The translations under genes were made by a program, and so were the position numbers. The notes under the pieces are model-generated. The model was not told the DNA's origin and ran no database searches. It saw only the letters and a program-made list of their open reading frames with translations. A stretch of DNA of 64,000 bases from contig CAXXTH010000017.1 in assembly GCA_963668025.2 (NCBI GenBank), forward strand, positions 768,001-832,000, read 5' to 3'. This DNA comes from Candidatus Hydrogenedentota bacterium (GTDB taxonomy: Bacteria; Hydrogenedentota; Hydrogenedentia; Hydrogenedentales; SLHB01). This document shows, piece by piece, positions 1 through 10,385 of this stretch; positions within the stretch are counted from its first letter, which is position 1, and every line of letters begins with the position of its first letter.

Positions 1-1304
1 TCTCGTTGATCAATGGGATCATTCAACTCCGAGAAGGCGTTGCCGGTTTCCAGGCAGCCGATGAACGCCTGGAAGCGCTCGGTGATCGCCGGATTATCGC
101 GTTTCTTTTTCGCGAGCGGCGAGATCTCGAGGGGATAGTCATACAAGAACGTGGGCTGCACGAGTTGAGGCTGCACCTTTTCTTTCATGACTTCATCCAC
201 GATTTTGCCATATCCCAGGCCCGGCTTGATCTCGCACCCGATGCCGCGCGCCAGGCGTTCCGCCTCGGTGCGGTCGTCCTTGAGCGGTTCGAGGTCGATG
301 CCCGCATACTGCCGGATCGCCTCGAAGAGCGGCAGGCGCTTCCAGGGCCGCGCCGCGTTGATGGCCTGGCCTTGGTAGGTGAACGAGGTCCCGCCCGCCA
401 CCTGCTCGATGATGTGGACCAGCATCTCTTCCGTCTCGTCCATCAATCCCATATAATCTTGGTACGCCTCATAGAGTTCCATAATGGTGAATTCGGGATT
501 GTGCTTGGTGTCCACGCCCTCATTACGAAAACAGCGGTTGATCTCGAAGACCCGCTCGAATCCGCCGCAAATCAGGCGCTTGAGATGCAACTCCGGCGCG
601 ATGCGCAGGTAGAAATCCCGGTCGTAGGTATTGTGGTGCGTGATGAACGGGCGCGCGGTCGCGCCGCCGGGGATGTAATGGAGCATAGGCGTCTCGACTT
701 CGAGAAAGCCCCGGCCCGTAAGCCAGGCCCGAAGTTCGGCCACGAGCTGGCTGCGCTTGCGGAATGTGCCCATCACCTCCGGATTCGCCACCAAATCCAG
801 ATACCGCTGGCGGTAGCGCGTCTCGACATCCGTCAAGCCGTGGAATTTCTCGGGCAATGGCCGCAGCGATTTCGTCAGGATGGTGAATTCTTGGACGCGC
901 ACGGTGATTTCTCCCGTATGCGTACGGAATACGCCGCCCTTGACGCCGAGGAAATCGCCGATATCGAAATCCTTGAGCTGGGCGTATGCGTCGTCGCCGA
1001 TATCATTTTTGCGGAAAAAGAGCTGGATGCGGCCCGACTCATCCCGCAGGTCCGCGAAGCTGACTTTGCCTTGGCTGCGGAAGGCCGTCATACGCCCGGC
1101 CAGCGCCACCGGGAGCGCGATGGTAGCAGGGTCTTCCGTGGCCTTTTCGGCGGTTTCATAGGCATCGAGCGCCTGGCGAATGACGCACGAGCGCTCGAAG
1201 GCATATTTGAACGGCACATCGCCCCGCTCGCGGATGCGTTCGAGTTTGGCGATGCGGTGCTGCCGCAGTTCTTCTTCCGTGGAGTGATGTGCTTGGTCTG
1301 GCAT
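1..1304 (-). CDS. lysS: Lysyl-tRNA synthetase class II (3' end outside window)
   Basis: Minus-strand ATG at 1304 (MPDQAHHSTEEELRQHRIAKLERIRE...). Reverse frame reads LPEKFHGLTDVETRYRQRYLDL and YLRIAPELHLKRLICGG. The + strand 443-aa ORF is its antisense shadow. Confidence 0.95.
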   Translation of the reverse strand, partial: MPDQAHHSTEEELRQHRIAKLERIRERGDVPFKYAFERSCVIRQALDAYETAEKATEDPATIALPVALAGRMTAFRSQGKVSFADLRDESGRIQLFFRKNDIGDDAYAQLKDFDIGDFLGVKGGVFRTHTGEITVRVQEFTILTKSLRPLPEKFHGLTDVETRYRQRYLDLVANPEVMGTFRKRSQLVAELRAWLTGRGFLEVETPMLHYIPGGATARPFITHHNTYDRDFYLRIAPELHLKRLICGGFERVFEINRCFRNEGVDTKHNPEFTIMELYEAYQDYMGLMDETEEMLVHIIEQVAGGTSFTYQGQAINAARPWKRLPLFEAIRQYAGIDLEPLKDDRTEAERLARGIGCEIKPGLGYGKIVDEVMKEKVQPQLVQPTFLYDYPLEISPLAKKKRDNPAITERFQAFIGCLETGNAFSELNDPIDQR

Positions 1305-1324
1305 GTACACCTCGTATTATTGGT

Positions 1325-1939
1325 TTATGTGGTTTGAATGAGTGATTGTAATCCTTCACAAAAGATTTGAAAACTTCGAGACCTATTGCGCGAAGGCTCC
1401 ATATGCGTGGCAATTTCACGCGCGGCTTTTATTTTGGCTAGTCCGCCTTGATGATAGCCTGCCTTTTGGAGCAGCCGTTCCAGGGCTTCCCATGTGCCGC
1501 CTCTGACCGCATCCGGGTCGCGAAATTCTCTCTGCTGGGCAAATATGGGCACTCGAGTATATGCCGTACGAATAGCCTGCTCATCGCCTAGAAACCACGC
1601 CTCTAGCTCTTCCACGGCGATTCGGGTGAGTACATGGAACACTCCCGATGGCGCAGGAGAGGATTTCGTAACTAATCCTTCCCATTTGGTGGCTTCTTCC
1701 AATATTACCTTTAGATCATGGCAATTATCGTCATCTCGGTCAACCAAGATGATAATGCGAATGTCTTCTCCGTTTTTCATTCGTTGGTTATACGCCTTAA
1801 GACGCTGCCTGAGTTTAGATAGAAGATCGTTCTTTCCATTGAATGGATGAACACGAAACGCTGCGTCAGTGATCTTTGGTACAATATATAATAAAGCTTG
1901 TTCCGCCGAAGGTTCTTCCACAAGAAACTCGAGCTGCAT
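1325..1939 (-). CDS. DUF4276 family (TOPRIM-like) protein, partner of upstream AAA ATPase
   Basis: FLVEEPS, LVDRD and EELEAWFLGD motifs, C-terminal NRSRSF; directly downstream of the ATPase. Confidence 0.8.
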   Translation of the reverse strand: MQLEFLVEEPSAEQALLYIVPKITDAAFRVHPFNGKNDLLSKLRQRLKAYNQRMKNGEDIRIIILVDRDDDNCHDLKVILEEATKWEGLVTKSSPAPSGVFHVLTRIAVEELEAWFLGDEQAIRTAYTRVPIFAQQREFRDPDAVRGGTWEALERLLQKAGYHQGGLAKIKAAREIATHMEPSRNRSRSFQIFCEGLQSLIQTT

Positions 1940-1950
1940 TCGCGCGCCTC

Positions 1951-3213
1951 CTAACGGCTTCTTCTAGAAGGCTGGGCTTCGGTAAGCGGATCGCCAAACT
2001 CGAACTGATTCTCGGTCCACAAGTCACCCAGTAAAGCGCCGGAGTCGACGAATTCTCGAATGCCATGCATATCACAAGCTTTTTTTGCGCGCGTGAACCC
2101 GTGTTCATCGCGCGATAAGATAAACAGCTCTTTGTCCGAGATATGATTAATAAACTCAGGTGAATGGGTGGTCACCATAAGCTGAGAATGGGCGGCGGCT
2201 TCGCGGCATTCTTCCGCGAGTCCCGCCAGCAACCTGGGATGCAAATGATTCTCAGGCTCTTCCAGCCCAATAAGGGATGGCGGTTCGGGATCGTTTAAAA
2301 CGATGAGATACGCCAGCATCTTCAAGGTTCCATCGGACGAGAACTGCGCTAAAATGGGCTCTTTAAATGGCGCGTCTTTGATCCATAGCCCAAGACGCCC
2401 ATCCGCCATCATTTCTTCGATGATGGACTCAAGCTGGGGCACGCGGGACACCAATCTCTCCACGATGTTTTGCCAAATCTCTGGATAGGTCTCCTTAAGG
2501 TATTGGATGACATTCAATAAGTTTGAGCCGGTTCTGCTAAGCCGTTCCTGCGGTCCCGCTTCGGTGGCGGTCCGGGCGCTATTAGGGCTTAAATACGAGA
2601 GATACCATCCGGTGATAAACGCGCGCAACGCGGCGACGCGGGGATGTTCCTTGAACTGCCCCAGCGTGTTGACGCCGAGCAAATCGGAACTTGCGAGTTC
2701 GACTGGCATGCGTGTCTCTTCGGTTTCTGGCACTTCGCCCATCACCGCTGTGCCTTTACCGTTTTCAAGCTCCAAAAAACGAAAAGGCCGGCCAGCTCCC
2801 TCGCTCTTTGACCAATGGAGCCACTCTTCCGAGATTACTGGCCCCTTGGATGTATCGTTAATGGATAAATGATAGGTGATGACGTGGGAGCGCTGCTCCC
2901 CTTTTTTGTAAGGGATTTCCCGATACTTGATCTCGAATTCGATGGGGCCTTCCGCGCCCTTTGTACGGAGTTCGCGCATACGTCCACGGGCGTCCAAGGC
3001 CCGCCGGAGGCCGATGGTGAAGCAATCCGACAGGAACGCGAATACATCAAATACGGTCGATTTGCCGCTCCCGTTTGGCCCGAGCAACACTGTAAGCGGC
3101 GTAAGACCGGAAAGCTGCATGTCCTTGAGGGCGCGGTAGTTCTTCACACGCAAGGATTCGATGCGTGGCGGCCCGGCGATCAGTAGTTGTGTAGTATCAT
3201 CTTGTTCAGCCAT
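1951..3213 (-). CDS. AAA_21/AbiEii-type ABC-like ATPase
   Basis: VKNYRAL, Walker A GPNGSGKS, signature SDGT, Walker B LEEPENHLHP, TTHS. Confidence 0.9.
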   Translation of the reverse strand: MAEQDDTTQLLIAGPPRIESLRVKNYRALKDMQLSGLTPLTVLLGPNGSGKSTVFDVFAFLSDCFTIGLRRALDARGRMRELRTKGAEGPIEFEIKYREIPYKKGEQRSHVITYHLSINDTSKGPVISEEWLHWSKSEGAGRPFRFLELENGKGTAVMGEVPETEETRMPVELASSDLLGVNTLGQFKEHPRVAALRAFITGWYLSYLSPNSARTATEAGPQERLSRTGSNLLNVIQYLKETYPEIWQNIVERLVSRVPQLESIIEEMMADGRLGLWIKDAPFKEPILAQFSSDGTLKMLAYLIVLNDPEPPSLIGLEEPENHLHPRLLAGLAEECREAAAHSQLMVTTHSPEFINHISDKELFILSRDEHGFTRAKKACDMHGIREFVDSGALLGDLWTENQFEFGDPLTEAQPSRRSR

Positions 3214-3238
3214 GGGTCTTTCTCCCGCGTAAAACCCA

Positions 3239-4357
3239 TTAAATCGTGTGCGCTTTGCTGCGCTGCAATTTCCATTTCAGAAACGCCTCGACGAACATAT
3301 CCAAATCGCCATCGAGGACGCGGTCGGTGTTCGAGGTCTCGGCGTCGGTGCGCAGGTCTTTCACGAGCTGGTACGGATGCAGCACGTAGCTGCGGATTTG
3401 GCTGCCCCAGGCCACATCCATCTGCGCTTCCCGCTGGGCGGCGGCCTCGGCTTCCTTTTTTTTCATCTCGAGGTTATACAGTTGGGATTTGAGCAACTGG
3501 AGGGCCGTGGCGCGGTTGCGGTGCTGGCTGCGCTCGATCTGGCAGGCCACGACGATGCCCGTGGGCAAGTGCGTCAAGCGCACCGCCGAACTGGTTTTGT
3601 TGACTTTTTGGCCTCCGGGGCCGCTCGAACGGAACACATCCATCTTGAGGTCTTCTTCGCGCACTTCGATGTCGATATCCTCATCGATTTGCGGCAGCAC
3701 CTGGATGGCCGCGAACGACGTATGCCGCCGCGCGTTGGCGTCGAACGGCGAAATGCGCACCAGACGGTGGACGCCGTCCTCGGATTTCAGGTTACCAAAT
3801 GCAAAGGGGCCTTCGATGAGAAGCGTGGCGCTTTTAAGCCCGGCTTCATCCCCTTCCTGGTAATCCATAAGCTCGACGGTGTATTCATGGCGCTCGCAGA
3901 AGCGCACCACCATGCGATACAGCATGCTGGCCCAATCACAGGATTCCGTGCCGCCCGCGCCGGGATGGATATTGACGATGGCGGCCTTGCCGTCACGCGG
4001 ATCACTGAAGAGGCTTGCGATCTCGAGGCGGGTGAGCTTAGGCTCGAGGGTATCGAGCGCGTCTTTGATTTCCGGCCCCAGCGATTCATCAGATTCCGCT
4101 TCGGCCAGCTCGATGAGCACTTGGGTGTCCTCGATCTCCTGCGCCATCGCGTCTGGGGCCTCGATCATGTTGCGCAAGGCTTTCATTTTCTGCATGGTCT
4201 TCTGCGCGGCGTCCGGGTCATCCCAGAAACCGGCCGCCGTGATTTCCTGCTCGATACGGGCGATCTGGGTTTTCGTGCCTTCGATATTCAGGCATTTGCG
4301 CAGTTCCGTTAGGCGGCTTTGAAAATCATTTACGCGTTCTGCTGCTTCTTCGTACAT
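3239..4357 (-). CDS. prfB: Peptide chain release factor 2 (continuous ORF, no +1 frameshift site)
   Basis: GVHRLVRISPF (SPF), GGQ and WGSQIRSYV motifs. Confidence 0.97.
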   Translation of the reverse strand: MYEEAAERVNDFQSRLTELRKCLNIEGTKTQIARIEQEITAAGFWDDPDAAQKTMQKMKALRNMIEAPDAMAQEIEDTQVLIELAEAESDESLGPEIKDALDTLEPKLTRLEIASLFSDPRDGKAAIVNIHPGAGGTESCDWASMLYRMVVRFCERHEYTVELMDYQEGDEAGLKSATLLIEGPFAFGNLKSEDGVHRLVRISPFDANARRHTSFAAIQVLPQIDEDIDIEVREEDLKMDVFRSSGPGGQKVNKTSSAVRLTHLPTGIVVACQIERSQHRNRATALQLLKSQLYNLEMKKKEAEAAAQREAQMDVAWGSQIRSYVLHPYQLVKDLRTDAETSNTDRVLDGDLDMFVEAFLKWKLQRSKAHTI

Positions 4358-4375
4358 GGGTATCCGTCTCTTTCC

Positions 4376-5218
4376 TTAGGACGTGGCAAACAATGGTGCA
4401 TAAATATAGTACAAGACGGGCGTCGCGAAGAGAAAACTGTCGCACCGGTCCAAGACGCCGCCGTGTCCGGGGAAGAATCCGCCCGAATCCTTCACGCCCG
4501 CGTCGCGCTTGAGCACGGATTCCGTGAGGTCGCCAATTTGAGCCACAATGGACAATAGCGCGCCCGCGCGCAGATAGGCCCATAGATCCCAGCCAGGCAA
4601 TCCGTCCCAATGCATGATTCGGCGCAAATGGAACAAAATAAACATGCCCGCCAGCGCGCCGAGGAATCCGGCGATGGAACCCTCCCAGGTTTTATTCGGG
4701 CTGACCTTGGGGGCGAGTTTATGGCGGCCTATAAGTGAGCCCGCCGCGAACGCCATGGTGTCGGTGAGGATCACCACGACAAACAGCATCGTGACCATGG
4801 CCGGTCCTACGGTGGGGATGCGCTGGAGGAGCAAGATATGGGCGCCAAACCAGCCGACATAGAATACGCCGAAGACCGTGCTGGCGAGTCCGGCCACGCT
4901 ATGCTGGCCGCGAACGATATGAAGCGTCGAAACCAGCAGGCAGCCGCCATACAATAAAAGGTTCGTCATGGTGACATCGCGAAAATACCCGCTCAAGGCC
5001 ACAATGGCCCCCGCAAGCATGCCGCCGATGGTCTCGGGGCTGATGGCGCGCGCGCGCACGATGGCATAATACTCATACAACCCTACGGTGACGAGTACGC
5101 CGATGAACAGGGCGAATGCAGGCTCGAGGCCTGGCCGCCACATCAATACGAGCACGGCGGGCAGCGCCACGCAGGCCGTGGCGGTCCGGATAAGTACGGA
5201 TTTGAAGCGCGCGCTCAT
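4376..5218 (-). CDS. cdsA: Phosphatidate cytidylyltransferase
   Basis: SPNKTWEG and KRDAGVKDSG..PGHGGVLDR motifs; follows uppS. Confidence 0.95.
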   Translation of the reverse strand: MSARFKSVLIRTATACVALPAVLVLMWRPGLEPAFALFIGVLVTVGLYEYYAIVRARAISPETIGGMLAGAIVALSGYFRDVTMTNLLLYGGCLLVSTLHIVRGQHSVAGLASTVFGVFYVGWFGAHILLLQRIPTVGPAMVTMLFVVVILTDTMAFAAGSLIGRHKLAPKVSPNKTWEGSIAGFLGALAGMFILFHLRRIMHWDGLPGWDLWAYLRAGALLSIVAQIGDLTESVLKRDAGVKDSGGFFPGHGGVLDRCDSFLFATPVLYYIYAPLFATS

Positions 5219-5949
5219 GGCGCCTGCTTGCGCCCGCCGAAGCGGCGGTCGCGCTGTTGAAATTCATGAATCGCCTGGCATAGATGCGGCTTGCGGAAGT
5301 CGGGCCAGTAGACAGGGAGCACAACGATTTCAGCATACGAGAGTTGCCAGAGCATAAAATTGCTCAAGCGCATCTCGCCGCTGGTGCGTATGAGAAGGTC
5401 GGGATCGGGCAAATCGGGCCGGTATAAGCGCTGTTGAATGGCCTCTTCGGTAATGGTTTCCGGGTCTAGCAGGCCATCACGCACTTCCCGGCCAATGGCG
5501 CGGGCGGCGTCGGCGATTTCCGCGCGCGAGCCGTAGTTCAGCGCCACATTGACGGTCAAGGCGGTATTGCCCGCCGTGCGTTCCATGGCGTTTCGCAAAT
5601 CCGCCTGCGCCCGCGCGGGCAGCCCCTCGATGCGGCCCATCGCCACGATGCGGACATTTTCCTTATGAATCGCGTCCAGTTCCAACGATATATATTTGCT
5701 TAGCAGGTGGAACAGCGCGGAGACTTCCAATTTCGAGCGCCGCCAATTCTCTGTCGAGAAGGCGTAGAGGGTAAGGATTTCGACGCCTAGTTCGCGGCAG
5801 GCCTCGATCGTGGCGCGGACGCTTTTAGCGCCGGCCTCATGGCCTGCGGCGTGGCTGACGCCTTGCTGTTTCGCCCATCGGCCATTGCCATCCATAATGA
5901 CGGCGATATGCCGGGGCAGGCGGTTCATATCGAGTTCGGGCGGCTCCAT
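5215..5949 (-). CDS. uppS: Undecaprenyl diphosphate synthase
   Basis: HIAVIMDGNGRWA, FSTENW, IRTSGEMRLSNF. Confidence 0.97.
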   Translation of the reverse strand: MEPPELDMNRLPRHIAVIMDGNGRWAKQQGVSHAAGHEAGAKSVRATIEACRELGVEILTLYAFSTENWRRSKLEVSALFHLLSKYISLELDAIHKENVRIVAMGRIEGLPARAQADLRNAMERTAGNTALTVNVALNYGSRAEIADAARAIGREVRDGLLDPETITEEAIQQRLYRPDLPDPDLLIRTSGEMRLSNFMLWQLSYAEIVVLPVYWPDFRKPHLCQAIHEFQQRDRRFGGRKQAP

Positions 5950-6230
5950 GCGACGCTTTCCCGTGCTCCTTCGTGGTTCATATATTCTGTTGTGAATATC
6001 TGGCTATGTCTGAAATTTCGCATAGGCGAAATCACACATCTGTATTTTCAAATTTAAACGAATCGGACTACTGCGTCACTTTAACCCAATTTGTCCTGTC
6101 TACCCACTTGTCTCGTGTTAACCAATCCATATCTTTTCAGTTCTTGTTTCCAAGTCCTTCTATTTCTTACACTTCCCGCAGGCTGTATCTGCCCGTTTCC
6201 CGCACATCTTTCTGCTCTACCCACATCTTG

Positions 6231-6873
6231 TTAGCCCGCTTGAGCGGGCTCTCCTTAGCACCCGGCTTTAGCCGGGGTGGTAGGGGATCAATCTGTAATA
6301 GAGCGCGCTTTAGCGCGGCTTCTCGAAATGCTTTAGCTCATTCCCACCCGTTCCAAAACGTCCGTTATGGTATCCAATCGGTGGTGTTCTTTTTGGTATT
6401 CTACATATTCCTCAACCACCCCAATATGCCGTTTTGAAAAACTGACCACGCCGTAACCACGTTGCCACTGCAGCATTTTCCGGCCAAACGTATGGTTGAT
6501 CTCATGGGCGCTGGCGCCTTTTATCTTGCCCATCACATCACTAATCAAAACGAATGGTTCAATTTGCATGATAAGGTGCACATGGTTTTCCGTTCCACCC
6601 ATTCGTCCTATATGTACACCCTTATTTTTTTGGCCGTACGTGGAAATGAATGGATACAGCGCCTGCTCCACTTCAGGCGTAAGCATGGGCCTGTTTTCAT
6701 GGCAATGCCAAGTAACGTGAAGAAATAGCTCGCTGAATACGTGGCTCAATCCATCAGGCATATGGCTAAAGCCTCTTCGAGAAGCCGCGCTGAAGCGTGC
6801 TTTCCATTCGTTGCTTCTCGTGGTCACCCCGGCTGAAGCCGGGTGCTAAGGAGAGCCCGCTCAAGCGGGCTAA
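6231..6873. mobile_element. REP-flanked Y1 transposase element (REPtron/IS200-like) with nested inverted ends
   Basis: 49-bp inverted repeat 6231-6279 / 6825-6873 with 1 mismatch, each arm two hairpins. An inner ~36-bp inverted repeat 6302-6337 / 6765-6801 brackets the transposase. Confidence 0.85.
6333..6761 (-). CDS. tnpA: IS200/IS605-family HUH (Y1) transposase TnpA
   Basis: HUH motif ENHVHL, KIKGASA, WQRGY, catalytic Tyr in YVEYQKEHH. ATG 6761 preferred because the upstream part of the track ORF is repeat sequence. Confidence 0.9.
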   Translation of the reverse strand: MPDGLSHVFSELFLHVTWHCHENRPMLTPEVEQALYPFISTYGQKNKGVHIGRMGGTENHVHLIMQIEPFVLISDVMGKIKGASAHEINHTFGRKMLQWQRGYGVVSFSKRHIGVVEEYVEYQKEHHRLDTITDVLERVGMS

Positions 6874-7077
6874 CCGGACTAGTTTTTTCCGGAAGTCTGC
6901 GCTTTGTTCCGGGGGTCTGCGTTTCGCTTTGACTCCTGGTTATTATAGACGTCCTCTTCGGGGACGATATCACGATGTCTAGCGTATTTGGCGATGCCAA
7001 TTCAAACCAAGCATGTGCTCTATTGACCATGGCCGCCCTATGGACCGGGCCCGGCTATTACTTCCGATATGCCCTAA

Positions 7078-7122
7078 ATCAAAGCCGCGGAACAGCATCC
7101 GGTGCGACGCTCGTCCGCGGCC
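7078..7122 (-). terminator. Probable intrinsic terminator after frr
   Basis: GCCGCGGA...TCCGCGGC stem followed by TTTGAT on the minus strand. Confidence 0.45.
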
Positions 7123-7169
7123 AAGATTCGATTCAGAGTCTTGTCCCGCCGCCTGTCCGGCGGCCTGTT

Positions 7170-7727
7170 TCAGACCTCCATGACCTCTTCTTCTTTGAGC
7201 TTCAATGCTTCATCGATCTTGGCGATGTAGTCATCCGTGAGCTTCTGAATGTCGGCGGTCATGCGGTGGGCGTCATCCTCGGGGAGTTCGCCATCTTTTT
7301 GTTCGGTCTTGATTTCATCGACGAGGTGGCGGCGCACATTGCGCACCGCGACACGGGCCTCTTCCGCAAGTTTGTGCAGCAGCTTGACGAGATCCTTGCG
7401 GCGCTGTTCCGTGAGCGGCGGAATAGGAATTCGGATCACCTTGCCGTCGTTCGCGGGATTCAATTCGAGAGGGGAAGACAGGATGGCCTTCTCGATGGCT
7501 GGAATCTGGGATTTGTCCCAAGGGGTGATCACCAGCAACCGCGCTTCGGGCGCGGTGACCGTGCCGACCTGGTTCAATTTCATTTTTGAACCATACGCAT
7601 CCACCTCGATGCTATCGAGGAGTCCGGTTGATGCCCGGCCCGTGCGAATGGTGGTTAATTCATGCTTGAAGGCTTCAATGCTTTTACTCATTCGTTCATG
7701 GGCGTCTTTGGCATGCTTGTGTTCCAT
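7170..7727 (-). CDS. frr: Ribosome recycling factor
   Basis: IRTGRA, IPPLTEQRRK; synteny with pyrH. Confidence 0.97.
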   Translation of the reverse strand: MEHKHAKDAHERMSKSIEAFKHELTTIRTGRASTGLLDSIEVDAYGSKMKLNQVGTVTAPEARLLVITPWDKSQIPAIEKAILSSPLELNPANDGKVIRIPIPPLTEQRRKDLVKLLHKLAEEARVAVRNVRRHLVDEIKTEQKDGELPEDDAHRMTADIQKLTDDYIAKIDEALKLKEEEVMEV

Positions 7728-7730
7728 GGA

Positions 7731-8453
7731 TTAATCTCCCCTCACAATCGTCCCGATACGCTCACCTTTTAGCGCCTTCATAATACTGCCTGGCCGCGTC
7801 AGGTTAAAGACCAGGATGGGCAGTTTATTCTCGCGGCACAGCGAGATCGCCGTACCGTCCATTACCCGCAGATTTTTCGCCAGCACGGTCGAGTAGTCCA
7901 GCTCATCATAGCGAACCGCATTCGGATTCTTCATGGGATCGCTATCGAAAACGCCATCGACTTTCGTGGCCTTGCAGAGGATTTGCGCGCCAATTTCGCT
8001 GGCGCGCAAGGCCGCAGCCGTATCGGTCGTGAAAAACGGATTGCCCGTGCCCGCGCCGAAAATGACAATGCGGCCTTTTTCGATGTGCCGGATGGCGCGC
8101 CGGCGAATATACGGCTCGGCAACGGGAGGCATTTCAATGGCTGTCATGACTCGCGTGGGCACGCCTTTAGCCTCGAGGCACGCCTGGATGCTCAAGGCGT
8201 TGATCACCGTAGCCAGCATGCCCATATAATCGCCCGTGGGGCGATCGGGCCCTTGTATAACGCCCTTCGCCCCACGAAAAATATTGCCGCCCCCTACTAC
8301 CAGGCCCATTTCCGCACCAAGTGCGTGGACTTCCCGGAGTTCATCGCAAAAATGGTTGACCACCTCGAAATCGATGGGGCCCGCATGGCCGTCGCCCATG
8401 AAGGCTTCGCCACTCAATTTCAATAAAATGCGCCGGTACGGGGTTGGTTCCAA
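7731..8453 (-). CDS. pyrH: UMP kinase
   Basis: [26 protein letters not shown]. Confidence 0.97.
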   Translation of the reverse strand: MEPTPYRRILLKLSGEAFMGDGHAGPIDFEVVNHFCDELREVHALGAEMGLVVGGGNIFRGAKGVIQGPDRPTGDYMGMLATVINALSIQACLEAKGVPTRVMTAIEMPPVAEPYIRRRAIRHIEKGRIVIFGAGTGNPFFTTDTAAALRASEIGAQILCKATKVDGVFDSDPMKNPNAVRYDELDYSTVLAKNLRVMDGTAISLCRENKLPILVFNLTRPGSIMKALKGERIGTIVRGD

Positions 8454-8458
8454 TGTGT

Positions 8459-9121
8459 TTATTTGCCTTCCACTTCCGCAAGCTGTGCGGCGACTTCTTC
8501 CGCCAGATTGGAAACTTTCTTTTCGATGCCTTCACCGCGTTCGAACCGGGCAAAACGGCGCACATCCATCTTCTCGCCTACTTTGCCGCTCAGCTCTTTC
8601 ACCAACTGTTCGATGGTCTTATCCGGGTCTTTCACAAATGGTTGTTCGAGCAGGCACACATCCTGGAACCATTTGTTCAACTTGCCTTCGGCGATCTTCT
8701 GGCATACGGCCTCGGGCTTGCCGGTTTCGGCGGCTTGTGCTTTATAGATGGCGGTTTCGGCGTCAATGGCGTCTTGTGGCACTTCCTCGCGGCGCACCCA
8801 TTTGGGGGCGGCGGAACAAATCTGCAAGCAAATGTCTTTGCACAGCGTTTGGAATTCCTCGCCACGGGCGACGAAGTCCGTCTCACAGTTGATTTCGGCG
8901 AGTACGCCTACCTTGCCCCCCATATGCACATATGAGGTGACCGCACCTTCCGATGCCGAGCGATCTTGCCGTTTCGCCGCACTGGCCATGCCCTTTTCGC
9001 GCAGCCAAGCCACTGCTTTTTCGAAATCGCCCCCGTTTTCATTTAGGGCTTTCTTACAATCCATCATGCCCGCGCCGGTTGCATCGCGCAAGGCTTTCAC
9101 ATCACCTGCTGTAATTGCCAT
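8459..9121 (-). CDS. tsf: Elongation factor Ts (short form)
   Basis: [25 protein letters not shown]. Confidence 0.97.
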   Translation of the reverse strand: MAITAGDVKALRDATGAGMMDCKKALNENGGDFEKAVAWLREKGMASAAKRQDRSASEGAVTSYVHMGGKVGVLAEINCETDFVARGEEFQTLCKDICLQICSAAPKWVRREEVPQDAIDAETAIYKAQAAETGKPEAVCQKIAEGKLNKWFQDVCLLEQPFVKDPDKTIEQLVKELSGKVGEKMDVRRFARFERGEGIEKKVSNLAEEVAAQLAEVEGK

Positions 9122-9124
9122 AAT

Positions 9125-9952
9125 TTATTCGTCTCCCATATCTTCTTTGTCTTCAGCGTCAGCCATGGACAGGTCTTCGACTTCGCCTTCCGTTTCAGGG
9201 GCCGACGCAAGCGCTGCTTCTTGCACGGGCGCGCCGCCGCGTTTAGGGCGGATGGTGCCCGCTTTTTGTCCCTGCCCCACGCCCTCGAGGATGGCGTCCG
9301 CGATGGTCGAGCAATATAAATTCAGCGCGCGGATGGCGTCATCATTTCCGGGAATCGGAAGCGGCACGGTGTCCGGATCACAATTGGTGTCTACAACGCC
9401 GATGCACGGAATGCCCAGGCGATCCGCTTCGCGAACGGCAATGGCTTCTTTTTTCGTATCGATGACAAACATCAGGCTGGGCAGGCGATGCATGTCCATG
9501 ATGCCGGATAAATTTTTCTCGAGCTTGGTCTTTTCTTTACGCAGGCGCGCCGCTTCTTTTTTCGAGAGCAAATCAAGCTTGCCGTTGGTTTCGCGCTCTT
9601 GTAAATCGCGCAAGCGGCGTACGCTCTGCTGGACCGTCTGGAAATTGGTCAATGTGCCGCCAAGCCAGCGATGGTTGATGTAGAACATCCCGGCGCGCTG
9701 GGCTTCCCGGGATACAGGTTCTTGGGCCTGCTTCTTGGTGCCTACAAAAAGCACCGTCCCGCCGTTCGCAGCCGTGTCGCGGGCCAGGATATAGGCCTTG
9801 TAGAGCTGGCGGAGGGTTTTTTGCAGGTCGATGATGTAAATGCCGTTGCGTTGTCCGAAGATGAAGCGGTTCATTTTCGGATTCCAGCGGCGGGTTTGAT
9901 GGCCGAAATGGATGCCGGCCTCGAGTAGCTGCCTCATAGTGGCAATAGGCAT
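9125..9952 (-). CDS. rpsB: 30S ribosomal protein S2
   Basis: [30 protein letters not shown]. Confidence 0.98.
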   Translation of the reverse strand: MPIATMRQLLEAGIHFGHQTRRWNPKMNRFIFGQRNGIYIIDLQKTLRQLYKAYILARDTAANGGTVLFVGTKKQAQEPVSREAQRAGMFYINHRWLGGTLTNFQTVQQSVRRLRDLQERETNGKLDLLSKKEAARLRKEKTKLEKNLSGIMDMHRLPSLMFVIDTKKEAIAVREADRLGIPCIGVVDTNCDPDTVPLPIPGNDDAIRALNLYCSTIADAILEGVGQGQKAGTIRPKRGGAPVQEAALASAPETEGEVEDLSMADAEDKEDMGDE

Positions 9953-9967
9953 AATTCAACTCCTTTT

Positions 9968-10056
9968 GGGTTTACCTCGGGTTCCGGCGGCCGGCCCGGA
10001 ATACAATCCGGGCACCCAGGCCGCTCCATTAGGCGGAATCCCTGTGAATTTTTATA
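9968..10056 (-). promoter_or_regulatory. rpsB (S2) leader-like structured 5' UTR and -10 box
   Basis: Minus strand TATAAA, then CACAGGGATTCCG...GGGT...CGGAACCCGAGGTAAACCC ahead of the AAGGAG RBS; resembles the S2 autoregulatory leader layout. Confidence 0.5.
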
Positions 10057-10385
10057 CGGCCCGAGTTTATCACAAGCCCCCGCAGCCCTGCAACTTGCAT
10101 GAATTCTCCTAATCTCGGGCAAGGCCGCAACCCCAGGACCGGATTTCAGACCACGAAATACGCGAAATACACTAAAATTTGTGGAGCAGGGCTTGCCCTA
10201 CCGCTCGGAGCGGGGGGGCATAGTATATTCCCTCCACGGCGGTTCAACGGGAAATTTTGCTTTTTCGCACCCCGGCTTGGTACGATCAACATAGTTTTTG
10301 CTTTTTGAATGCAAGTAAGTTGTTTTCCCGCACAATCGGTTTTCCGCTTTCGGGAAACGGTGTTGTACCGCAAGAGGATAAATAT

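Noticed and set aside
6-1337. 443-aa + strand ORF
   Set aside because: Antisense shadow of lysS. The same applies to long ORFs opposite prfB, the kinase (12826-13737), both pilT genes, the oxidoreductase, fhs, GH106 and the transposase (29866-31413).
6090-6230. Pyrimidine-rich tract and ORF 5973-6437
   Set aside because: Low complexity, no protein motif, and the ORF runs through the repeat; not supportable as a gene or ncRNA.
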